From positions 80,476,001 to 80,540,000 of the forward strand of contig OZ024740.1 of the NCBI GenBank assembly GCA_964016885.1: a stretch of 64,000 nt of DNA, read 5' to 3'. The DNA is from Eledone cirrhosa. Its lineage: Eukaryota. The stretch's first letter is position 1. Every line of letters starts with the position of its first letter. Below the pieces are notes generated by a model. The model was given only the letters and a program-made list of their open reading frames with translations, ran no database searches and was not told the origin of the DNA. A program made the translations under genes and the position numbers. Below are positions 35,966 through 47,027 of this stretch, piece after piece.

Positions 35966-36159
35966 TTATCTCCTCCTGTTTGCTGAAATTAAAGTAAGTG
36001 AGTCTGTTACTACTCTAAAGCAATAGCATAAGGTCTTCGAAATGCTTTTGATTAAGCATTCAGTGTATTGCAAAATACACTATATATACATTCATATATA
36101 TATATATATAGCTATTTCAAAGCACCAATTCTAATTTTCAATTTGGTGCCGATAAAGTT

Positions 36160-36269
36160 CCCGGACTCGAGTTTCTGCCGCACTAATGCAGCAGTAAGGT
36201 GCATTGCACCATATGTCTGCGTATATTATGCAACAATGCACAATCGGCTTATGCGGCGTCATCAGCGTG
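36160..36269 (-). ncRNA. Type I hammerhead in a separate ~215-bp element (36144-36360)
   Basis: CACG-CTGATGA-cGCCGCAT..GTGCGGCa-GAAA-CTCGAG-TC-CGGG. Confidence 0.78.
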
Positions 36270-36417
36270 TATCGCCTAATCAATAACCAATCGATCAACA
36301 GAATCCAAACACCAGCCCATGCCGATCATCACTGTTTGTGACAACCGACACGGTAAAGCGATATATATATATATATATATAAATATATATATATATACGG
36401 TATATATATATATATAC

Positions 36418-36470
<53 letters not shown>

Positions 36471-36530
36471 GGTATATATCCGGTATATATATATATATAT
36501 ATATATATAAATATATATAGAGATTTTCAA

Positions 36531-36585
36531 ACTGCCTGAAGAGGTCACAGCCAAAGATGGCTGCCACTGAAATATATATAGCAGT
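36531..36585 (+). ncRNA. Type I hammerhead in a ~118-bp island (36520-36637) between (TA)n tracts
   Basis: ACTGC-CTGAAGA-GGT..CAGCC/GGCTG..ACT-GAAA-TATATA-TA-GCAGT. Confidence 0.85.
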
Positions 36586-36630
36586 AGTAAACGAAGCTAA
36601 ATTTTAATCATTTGACTTTTTATTTAACTT

Positions 36631-36706
<76 letters not shown>

Positions 36707-36769
36707 GATATATATATATATATGAAGAAGAAGTTTATGAAACGGAAATGCGGGTATAAAGAATTTATT

Positions 36770-36884
36770 AGGTAACAATTGTTTCTATAGTGTATGGGTT
36801 ACCTATACCTCGCTATTTGTATAATATAAATATTATCATAAATCGTAGGTACACTGTAAGAAAACACACCATGTCGTCAAACCT
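36770..36884 (-). ncRNA. Hammerhead in the 3' pseudo-LTR (core TTGACGA, C3U)
   Basis: AGGT-TTGACGA-cATGGTGTG..TACACTATa-GAAA-CAATTG-TT-ACCT. Confidence 0.65.
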
Positions 36885-37294
36885 TTGTGGTAGAATGATA
36901 TGAAAATATTTTATACACTAGATATAAGAGAAAGAAGGAGGTAGGAAGGGAAGAGGAGGAGGGAAGCGAGGAAGGGGGAGGGAGTCTTAGGATTTAAGAC
37001 TGTCAGAGTAGTAGAGATTGTAAGGAGGACATGTTTTGGCTGCAGTTAGCTTAATGAGGCGTGTTAGGGTTGGCGGGGGAAGTAAATCCTTCTAGTGGTG
37101 TTGTTTGGACAAAATTTAGTTAAAGGGGTCAAAGTAGTATAGAATTACAGACAAGTTATTGGGGCTATTATAGTAGCAGATTATTTCTAAAGGGGTCCAA
37201 AAAACAGTGTTTAGTACTATTATTATAGAAAGCCATATCGTGTGTATAAACATATAAAACAAGAATTTGCAAACGGTGGTGTAAAAAGGTAACA

Positions 37295-39575
37295 TTACAT
37301 GCATTTAAACAAAGAAAAAGTCGTTTTCAAACGATGGTTACAGTAAAGTGAACGATCAATTTTGCTGTTCAAAAGTTTGTTTTCCGACGTTAAAATGCAG
37401 TATATCTCCATATTGCATAATTTACAGAATCGATGATTTTGCTTATATGCAGGCGCACTGCAATAATTTGCCAATCAAGGGAGAATGCTTGATTGTTCCT
37501 CCGAAGCTGCCAGGCTTTATCGGCGAGGGTTGTTACGGAGCGCATTTTCTCATGCCTGATCGAAGATCGATGTTGGTATAGGCGAGCTTTGAAAGATGTT
37601 GCGGTACATCCGACGTATTACCATTTGTTGGTTCCGGAATTTATTGTACATCGGTAGACAATATTGCGTGCTAGGCACTGGTTATTCAGTGGGCACGTAC
37701 CTGGTTTGGTGCAGTTACAGTTATTTTTATGTTTTGCAGTAGTATCCTGGATAGTTTGGTGGGGTTGTAGTTGCGTGTTAATGCGTTGTATGTCGCTATG
37801 CTGGTGCGCTGTGTCATCAGGGATGTACTTATTTCGTATTGTTGAGTTGAGTTTTTTAATTAGTTGTTCTATGTTAGGTGCAGTGGAGTATGAGAGTCTA
37901 ATGGTGCGCGAGTTTAAGATTTTATAGTATTTATGTGAAGTTGTAAAGTGTTTATTGATCAGTGTATAGAATTGTGAGATAATCTTAGTGCTAATAGAAA
38001 TATTGTACACGGGATTATACCATATGTACTCTCTACGTCTGACTCTATTTGTTGGTTTGCACCTATTAGTAAGCCTATTGATGTGTCTGTGTGGTGCAAT
38101 ACTAGTTCGACTTAGATGTGATTTATTCATAGTACTTATGCGGTTATCATCTAGATATTCTATTTTCTCGCAGTAACCAGTTTTTCTAAGTGCGTCATTA
38201 TAATATTCAGCATGCTCGTTGAAGATCTGCAAATTAGACGACAGTCGGGAGATCCTTATGGATATATTTTTAGGGATAGATTTAATAATGGAATGGGGAT
38301 GGTTCGATTTTACATTAACGTACTTGAGATTTTCATTAAGTTTGTGAAATGGCTCTATATTACCGTTATTAAGGTTGAAGGTGACATCCAAGAAGTTGAC
38401 CACCTTAAGATTGTGTTCGAAGGTAATATTAAGCCCTAGTTCTAAGAAAAGTTTCCTAATGTTTTTACGTCGCCTTTCTAGGTTTTGTTTGTTCATATTC
38501 TTGACTAATAGAAGTGCATCATCGCGGTAGATTCCACCATGGAGGTCAGTAAATTCGCTCTGGAGTCTGTGGGCTATATAGATTCCAACCAGATCCGTAA
38601 CCTCCGCCGAATCATTAGAACCCATCGTAATGTCAAATTCCGAGGGTCTATCTCTGCGGACCCAATAACTATTTTCAAAATGAACTACTGTGCGTCTAGC
38701 TTCAAGTATAATATTAATTTCCTCGTTTGTGAGGTCCGAGTTAGCCTTAGCGAATGAGAGGGCTTTATGCAGAGTTTCAGGTGAAATAGAGGAATAGTAT
38801 TCATCTATATCGAATTGAATAAAAGAAGATTTGTTTTTGTCACTGATGTTATTGAACCATCTTATTGCCTGTTGAGTATTACCCCATAATTTAATATCTA
38901 CCTTAGCCTTAACTTGGGGGATAATACGATCTAATATGTACTTACTGATTCTACCTATATCAGACTTTGAAGGACATATTAATCTAATTTTAGGGTTAGT
39001 ATCGAAGTTAGCCTTATGGTCCTTCAGATTAAAAGTCGGTGTAGCTGGAGATAGGGGCACCATTCTGTCGTCGATTTTCAGTTTCTTAACAATATCACAT
39101 GCTGCGTTATTAATGTTGGTTAGTGTAGTTGCGTTTGTTTTTTGTACTTCTTATGTAATTCCTTACGTATAAAATTATTATATGTTTCTACATCCAGGGT
39201 GTATAGATTCGATGTTTTGTCTGCCTTTATGATAATTCCTTTGGTATTTCTCAGGTTGTCGAGTAGAGTTTTAATATCTCGTTGCAGTTCGTTTTTCCTT
39301 CCGTTTGTAAATTTGATTCCGGTTATCATTTTCATTAAGTCCTGCTCGAAAGAATACAGAAGAGAGTTAGAGGGTGGGTTTTTGTAGGATTTGAAACCAA
39401 ACTTATTGTTGTTGGTGTCGGAAGTTTGTGTAATCCTGTTACTATCGAAGTGAAAGGCCTTCCATCTAATCCGCCGAATAAATTCGTTGGTCCTTTGTAT
39501 CATACCAAGAATGTATTCTTTTTTACCCTGAATGGGTATGTTTTTTAAGGACATACCACAATGATGTTTTTCCAT
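37295..39575 (-). pseudogene. PLE reverse transcriptase + GIY-YIG endonuclease
   Basis: IIKADKT, FDIDEYYSSI, ITMGS, IYRDD, NFLDV, SNHP, CNC..CPL..CL, IVY..YVGCT..FKARL..H; frameshift near 39120, TAA at 37618. Confidence 0.9.
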
Positions 39576-39782
39576 TTCTGAGACGTAGGTTGATAGGTTA
39601 CTCGACTGTAAAGGAGTGTGAAGAATTAATAAATCTGTATTCCAATGTTACTAAGTAGTCGCATTGGATGGAGTCAACCGACGTCGGAGATTGTTCAACG
39701 TATAATAAAGTGTGTTTTAAAATCCGGAGAAAATATGAAGAAGAAGTTTATGAAACGGAAATGCGGGTATAAAGAATTTATT

Positions 39783-39897
39783 AGGTAACAATTGTTTCTA
39801 TAGTGTATGGGTTACCTATCCCTCGCTATTTGTATAATATAAAAATTATCATAAATCGTAGGTACACTGTAAGAAAACACACCATGTCGTCAGACCT
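39783..39897 (-). ncRNA. Hammerhead in the 5' pseudo-LTR (canonical core)
   Basis: AGGT-CTGACGA-cATGGTGTG..TACACTATa-GAAA-CAATTG-TT-ACCT. Confidence 0.82.
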
Positions 39898-40004
39898 TTG
39901 TGGTAGAATGATATGAAAATATTTTATACACTAGATATAAGAGAAAGAAGGAGGTATATATAGATATAAGAGAAAGAAGGAGGTATATATATATATACAT
40001 ATAC

Positions 40005-41200
40005 ATTTCTCTAGTAAATCAATTGCACCTATACATAAGCACAAACTCATCACAATATCACAACCACAAGCGCATACAAACGCGCAGCAGCAAAACCCCA
40101 TTGGGCATATATCACAACCCACTTATAACAGAGTACTTAACAGGAATGTAAAAGCTGCACAAAATAGCGCCTCAAACTGTAACTGTCACCTCCCAGATAG
40201 GTGCCCACTGGCGAACAGATGTCTCGATTCGAGCCTGGTGTACATGTGCACTGTCATCTCGGGTAACTCCACCTGGAATTACACAGGATCCACCGCGGGT
40301 TCTTTTAAGAAAAGATGGTATGTGCACAGGCACTCAATGAAAAACCGTGCACTTATGGGTTCCACCACCCTCGCCAGAAAAATATGGGAATTGAAGGACA
40401 GCAACACTAACTACAGTATCAACTGGTCGAAGTTGTCGGCTTCTAAAACCTATAGTACAGGGATGTCCTATTGCGGGCTGTGTGATCTTGAGCTATTGTA
40501 TATCCTTAGAAATGTTAAAAGGCTACTTAATAATAAGTTAGAAAGATTTATCTTCTGCAGACATAGAATAGCCACTAAATTCATAAGATTCAAACCTCCG
40601 TGAATCGAACCAACATAACATAGCTTTAAATTAGGATACATACTACCCACAGAAATATATTCATTAAGTATACTATATCCTTCACAAGTCTATACCACAC
40701 AATTGTCTGTAAGTACCTCATCTACCAACAATCTTACTCCTTCTCAGCTGCTGCCATCATTTGATCCTAAATCCTAGTTTTTCTCATTTCACTACTACAA
40801 TGTTACTTTACCTTCTTTTTGCCTTAATTACGATTAGCACGTTTTTCTCTTTACATGTATGTATATTTTTGTACGAGTGTATATTGATGTGTATGTATGT
40901 GTCTATGTACACATGCATGTGTATATATGTGTATATATATTTATATATATGTGTGTGTGTGTGTATGTGTATGTGTGTGTGTATGTGCGTAGATATATGC
41001 GTATATTAATTCGTTAACTCTACAACTACGTAGCTTTGACAGTGGTCCCACTCATGTATACTGTTGAAGATGAAGAGAAAGACTGTAAAAACTAGCTTAT
41101 CTTTATAATTTAAAATTGATATACACTACGATACTCTGTACATGTCAACGCTTCATTTTACCTTATGACAGCTAGTTTTCACGCCGTAACATTAGATACA
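40005..41200 (+). mobile_element. 5'-truncated Penelope-like element (GIY-YIG domain + 3' UTR)
   Basis: CNCHLPDRCPLANRCL..LVY..YTGSTAGSFKKRWYVH..CGLCDLE..LLN..CRHR ending at 40603; element ends approximate. Confidence 0.8.
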
Positions 41201-41310
41201 TTATATACCCCCCACCTAAGTAATGTCAGGGTCTCCTTAAATAATTTATTGATAGCATTGTTGTAATTGTTGTTATTGTTCTAATTGAATGCCATTACTA
41301 CTTAAGATAG

Positions 41311-41492
41311 GTGAATTGGCAGTATCGGTAGAGGGTTGGATGCCATGCTTTGATGCATAGAGTTACGGCCCTTGCCATTCTGAGTTCAAATCCCGCCGAG
41401 GTTAACGTTGCCTTTCATCCTTACGGGGTCGATAAAATAAAGTACCAGTAATGCACTGGGTAATTGCTGGCCTTGTGCCAAAAGTAGAAACA
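41311..41492 (+). mobile_element. tRNA-derived SINE with 17-bp target-site duplication
   Basis: Same family as the 21.8-kb SINEs; ATTACTACTTAAGATAG at 41294-41310 and 41493-41509. Confidence 0.9.
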
Positions 41493-41825
41493 ATTACTAC
41501 TTAAGATAGTAGCCTGTATTTTCATTTCTTTTCTTGCCTGTGTATTTTCTTCATTCTCGCATGCTCCGAAGATCTGACTGGTTATAATTCTGTATTGGCG
41601 ATCGAGTAACGCAAAATTAAGCGGATAGCGATCTCTAGACATACCAGTTCAGTGAAACAAATGTAAGCTATGTGATTAAAAACTTTTTTGTATAGCAAAC
41701 CATGTAAACCTTCTTTCCTGATTTATATACATATACATATATATATTATATATACATATATATATATTTATGTATACATACATAAATATAAATATTTATA
41801 TATAAATACATACATATGAATATTT

Positions 41826-41911
<86 letters not shown>

Positions 41912-42048
41912 TGTTTAGCTATATATATATATATATATATGTAGATAAATCTAACAAAATATACGGTAGTGTTCAATCCGTATGAAGAACTCAATGTAAT
42001 CCAAATATCATGAAAAGAGAGGATGCATTCAAAGAAAACAGAGTCAAG

Positions 42049-45000
42049 ATAAATTAATAAAAACAAAGAACAAGTTCCTTATATTAAAAAATTCATCATT
42101 TTACGATCGTTTCTAGGATATATATGTGTGTTGGTATGTATAGCATATATATCTATGTAAAAATATTACAAACTATCAGAGGAAATATACATACCAAGTA
42201 ACCCGTCTATTACGGTTTCGATGCTGTTTTTTTATATTTATACAATGTATCAGGATGTTTACTAAGAGAGTTACTATTAGTGAATTTATTATATATAGGT
42301 TTAGTTAGATTAACTGATTTAGGTGTTTTAGTCTGATTATTAGGAATTTTGTTCGTAATGTTGTTAACATATATTGGAGTATTAGGATGAATGGCTTTTG
42401 AAAGTCATTATATTTTATGTGAGAAGAGTTAGAGAAATTAAGTTTTAGGTTGGTATTTTGGGGTGAAGTGTGAGTGGCATTTAGGTGTGGGTTTTTCATT
42501 TGGTCTTTGTTTGTAATTGGTGTTGTATGTTTGAAGTATTATTGGTGCAAGGTATATAAACTAATTTGTTTTTGTGGCCTCTTCTAGCTAAAGCTTCGTT
42601 ATAAAAGGGCGCATTTTTATCGAATACATCCTAGTTAGATGAAAGGCTAGAGATTCTGAGTGAGATATTATATGCTAGGTTTTTAAGGATAGATCTAGTG
42701 TGATTGGATTGTGAGTGTATGTAATGTAAGTTTTGGTTAGATTTATGGTAAGGTTGGTAGACACCCGTAGATAAGTCTAAAGTTATATCTAGGAAATTAA
42801 CTATTTTACTGGTGTTTTCAAATGTAATATTGAGATTGTAATAGTCTTTGAGGAAAGTTCTAATAAGTTTTTAATTTTTTTCAATTTCTGATAGGCTAAG
42901 ATTAGTGGAAAGAAGAAGACAGTCATCACGATATAAACCACCTTTAAGGTGGGGAAAAGAAGAATTTATGTTAAATAGAAGAAAAAGGCCCACCAGATCG
43001 GTAATTTGGGCAGAATCACTAGAGCCCATAGTAATGTCGAAGAGATTACTATATGTATTTCTGGTCCAGTATTCCTTCTGAAATTCCAGTAGTGTTTGTC
43101 TAGCGTGCGTGATAATATTAATGTCATCCATAGTTAAGCTTGATCCATTTTTGGCAAATATCAAGGCTTTGTTCAGGAGTATGGGTGATATAGAGGAATA
43201 ATAAGCATCTATATCAAATTGTAGAAATGAAGCAGATGATTTATTTCTAATATTAGTAAACCAGTTAATTACTTGGTATGTGTTTTCCCAGAGTGGTAAA
43301 TTAACGTGTTTTCTTAATTGTGGGATGACTCTATCTAAAAATATTTTACTAATGATGCCAATGTCAGATTTGGAAGGCCATATAAGTCTTATAGAAGGAT
43401 TAGAGTTAAAGTTAGATTTGTGATCTTTCAGGTTAAAGTGTGGTTTTTTCAGTGCCAAAGGTTCAGTTCTGTCTTCAATATTGAGTTTATTTACTATGTT
43501 GTATGTTTTGTTAGAAGAGCCGCATTATTTGTTTTTTTATAACTTTTCCTGAGTTTTTTTTATAAATGAACTCATTGTAATTATCAATATCCATGTGGTA
43601 TAGATTCCCAGTTTTGTCTGAGTGGACGTGGACTTTGCTAGATTTTTTTAGATCCAATAGGGTAGAGTCAAGATCCTTTCATCAGACTAAAACACCTAAA
43701 TCAGTTAATCTAACTAAACCTATATATAATAAATTCACTAATAGTAACTCTCTTAGTAAACATCTTGATACATCGTATAAATATAAAAATCAATATCGAA
43801 TCTGTAATAGACGGGTTACTTGGTATAATGCTCCATTTAATCTACAAATTAAAGATAATATCCCTAAAAAACTTTTTACTATCCTAGAGAAAAACGTCCC
43901 GCCAAACCATAAATACCATCAAATTTTAAATAGATCAACTGTCAAATTTTCCTACTCCACTACCAAAAATATACAACAAAATATAAGTGCGTACAACGCA
44001 TATAAATGTAGAAAAATCACGAATATACCACCAACACATCAAACCAACCATAATACTAAAATAAACCGCAACAAACCACCATCTCCTTCACATATAGCCA
44101 GTCGAGTAAATTCCACACCAAATTTGACTAACTCCCCGGATATAATATTCACGAATGGTTGTAACTGTAGAAACAAAAGAAATTGCCCATTAAAGGGAAA
44201 TTGTCTTATTAATAACATAGTCTATAAATGTAAAATTAGCACTAAGGACTCCACTTAATCATACATAGGAGCTACGTCTAACCAATTTAATACCCACAAA
44301 CATAGTTTTTAAAATGCCGCATTAGCTAATACAACATCCTTGGCTGAAACAATTAATAATTATAGAAAAAAGAATATCGATTACAACCTGACCTTGAGTG
44401 TGCTCAAAAGGGCTACCCCTTATCAAAATAACAGATATGAGTGTAGATTATGTTCCTAGGAACTTTTTGAAATAATGAAATCTAAGGATATCCTATTAAA
44501 TAAGCGACAAGAATTAATTATATCTTGCAATCATAGAATTAGAAGAACCTTCAAATGTTATAAACCTAATTAATATACACCTTACACTTATATTTTACAT
44601 ATTATTATAATTAGTTTTTTTAATTTAGTTAAACTATAATTAGTACTTTACTACAGAGAACTTCATAATTTTATTTCCCTCTTACAGCTCTCTTTTCCTA
44701 AAATTAATACCTAAAAGTATACATATAAATTAATTTAATTTCCTGTTATGAATCTAGATTCCTCGTAGTTTATGTAAGATTGGTATTTCTCACTACTAGC
44801 CTTATCCCAAAATTTTATTTTCCTTCGTTTTTAACAACATTTTTAATAACATCTAATTCTTATTTATCACATCCATATGAAGTAATATACATTTATATAA
44901 GTATACCTATCAATTAATTTAATTTCTTGTTATAGATCTAGATTCCTTGTGGTTTAAATAAGATTGGTATTTCTCACTTACCCTAAAATTTTACTTTGCT

Positions 45001-45463
45001 TCGTTTTTAACACTATTCTTTAATAACATCAAATTTTCATGTACCTTTCACCGGCTTGACCTCTTTTCATCCCCAAAGTATTATTTTCATTCAAAATATT
45101 CTTTCCCTTCAAAACATAAGTCTGCACCCCTCTACCCCTAAATTAAATTTATACTACTACTAGTCTATCAACTTGACCTCTTACTATTTTTCTATTGGTC
45201 AATTTAAAACCTGTTCCCAAACAGACCTATTATATTAAATCTTTGTTGGTTTTTTTCAATAACCAAATCTCATCATTTCTGAAGACACCATATATATGTG
45301 AAGGTATGTATATTTCCTCTGATAGTTTGTAATATTTTTACATAAATCTATATGATATACATACCAACACACATATATCTCCTAGAAACGATCGTAAAAT
45401 GATGATTTTTTTAATATAAGGAACTTGTTCTTTGTTTTTATTCATTGTTTTTATTAATTTATA
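42049..45463. mobile_element. Penelope-like element with internal inversion: RT on -, GIY-YIG and pLTR on +, inverted partial pLTR at left end
   Basis: Minus RT 43680->42340 (FDIDAYYSSI, ITMGS, LYRDD); plus 43681-44572 (CNC..CPL..CL, IVY..YIG); 42049-42195 is the reverse complement of 45303-45463. Confidence 0.88.
45270..45405 (+). ncRNA. Hammerhead in PLE pseudo-LTR, long helix II insertion
   Basis: TCATCATTT-CTGAAGA-c..ATATATGTG..CACATATAT..a-GAAA-CGATCG-TA-AAATGATGA (9-bp helix I). Confidence 0.8.
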
Positions 45464-46034
45464 TATATATATATATACAGACACACACACATATATATAT
45501 GTATATATGTATATATGTATGTATATGTATATAAAGAGGGGAGAGAGTGAGAGGAGACTAAGGACAGAAACAAATGCCTGTTATAACAACATATGCTTTA
45601 AATAGATAACAAAGAGAACCAAAACAAAGAAAGGGAAAAATAATCATGAAACACTATAACAAACTAATAATCGCAAGAAAATTAGATTACCTCTGAGAAT
45701 GGTACACAATAATAGAAACCCATAATGAGAATACTGTAGAAAAAGAAATCGTGTTCAATGGCTAAGTGATGAAAAGTGTCTATCTTTTATCTACAACTAT
45801 TTGTAAGCAAGGAAAAATAATAAACAGAGAGAAGGAGAGAGAAAAAGTAAATATATATATTTACTTTCGAATGCTAAGTTTATATTTTCGTACATTTATG
45901 TTTTGTATTTCATCAACTTTGATAATGATTTTATAAAGTCTGTCCGAGGTTAGAGTTGCTTCTGATAGAAATTGTTTAGATATTAGTGAAGATTTATATT
46001 CTCTCCCCATCATATGAGTTCAGGTTATTTTTGT

Positions 46035-46245
46035 TGTTAGAATCGTTAGAACGTCGGTCAAGATGCATTACTTATTTTAGCGCTTTGCATTCCGAGTTCA
46101 AATCTCCCAGGGTTGAACATTTCCTTACATCCTGCCTGTGTCGATAAAATAAAGTACCAGTAAGGTACTTGGATCAATTTAATTTACCTTTCCCTCCCCA
46201 CAATTGTTTGGCATTGTGCTCAAAGAAAAACAAATAATATTAATA
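46035..46245 (+). mobile_element. Diverged tRNA-derived SINE
   Basis: GAGTTCAAATCTC, GTCGATAAAATAAAGTACCAGT, TTGTGCTCAAAGAAAAACAAATAAT. Confidence 0.7.
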
Positions 46246-47027
46246 TTAATATTGTTCGTTAGTTTCATAAGAGTTTCTATCGCTTCATCCGATGCCCCTC
46301 CATATTCCTAAAGTGTGGGAGTTGGGAGAGCAGAAACTCCACCTGTTAGTGTACTGCATTAGTCTGGCTTTAGCTTGTACTTTCTCGTGTTATTGTAGTT
46401 TTTCATTTGTTGTGAAGGTTCTGTGTAATGTGTATTGTGTTATTTCATTTGATATTTATCTTGTCGAATATTTATTTACTTATTTAAACGTCCGTATAGA
46501 GCTAGTAAGGCATGAGAGACTAGGGGAAGTATCGAGTACTACTTACAGTTGGTAATCAAAAAGAGCTAGTGAGACAAGTAATAATAAAAAAACGTTGTGT
46601 TGTACTATTTTATTAGGAGATAATTGTATAAGGTGTGTAGTTTACTATTGAGTCGAAAATATCTTGCGCAGGTTGTGAACTGGTCCGAACAGAGCAATAT
46701 TTTAGATAATGTGTAGTGTTGTGAATACTGCTAGGGATTCTGTTTTAGTTCATTATAATCTCTTTTACAATATCCATTATTACTGGGACTGCGTTCACAT
46801 CCGTGGTCCACATCTTGCATATGTTTATTTTTAGATTCTTGTATTTTGACAGTTTGACCATTTCTTTAGGGTACTATTTTAGTCAAAGAGAATTGCGATA
46901 TCAATCAGTGGGCATGCGATATTTCACAGTCCCAGTCCTTGATTATTATATCTGGACCATATTCCCTGATTATTTTGTTAGTTTGGGTATCCCAGATGAT
47001 TACAGTGCATGACGAAATGAAACAGCT

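Larger units (their letters stand above)
34973..36143. mobile_element. Hammerhead-bearing ~320-bp tandem array: 2 units, then 1.7 units inverted
   Basis: TTAGAATTGGTGCTCTG at 34973 and 35274; orientation flips at 35593/35594; unit 1 has an ~18-nt deletion removing the ribozyme core. Confidence 0.85.
36721..39956 (-). mobile_element. Full-length Penelope-like element (Naiad-like) with two direct pseudo-LTRs, in (TA)n
   Basis: ~223-bp direct repeats 36721-36943 and 39734-39956 flanking an RT + GIY-YIG ORF. Confidence 0.9.

Noticed and set aside
33378-36143. CRISPR array or simple satellite interpretation
   Set aside because: No repeat-spacer structure; units are long, few, internally inverted and contain ribozyme motifs
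41060-41185. Hammerhead expected at the 3' end of the 40-kb PLE fragment
   Set aside because: Only partial motifs (TTGAAGA, inverted AAAACTAGCT); no consistent three-helix fold
37295-44572. Selenoprotein-type (UGA recoding) Naiad elements
   Set aside because: In-frame stops seen in the GIY-YIG regions are TAA/TAG at non-Cys positions, consistent with decay
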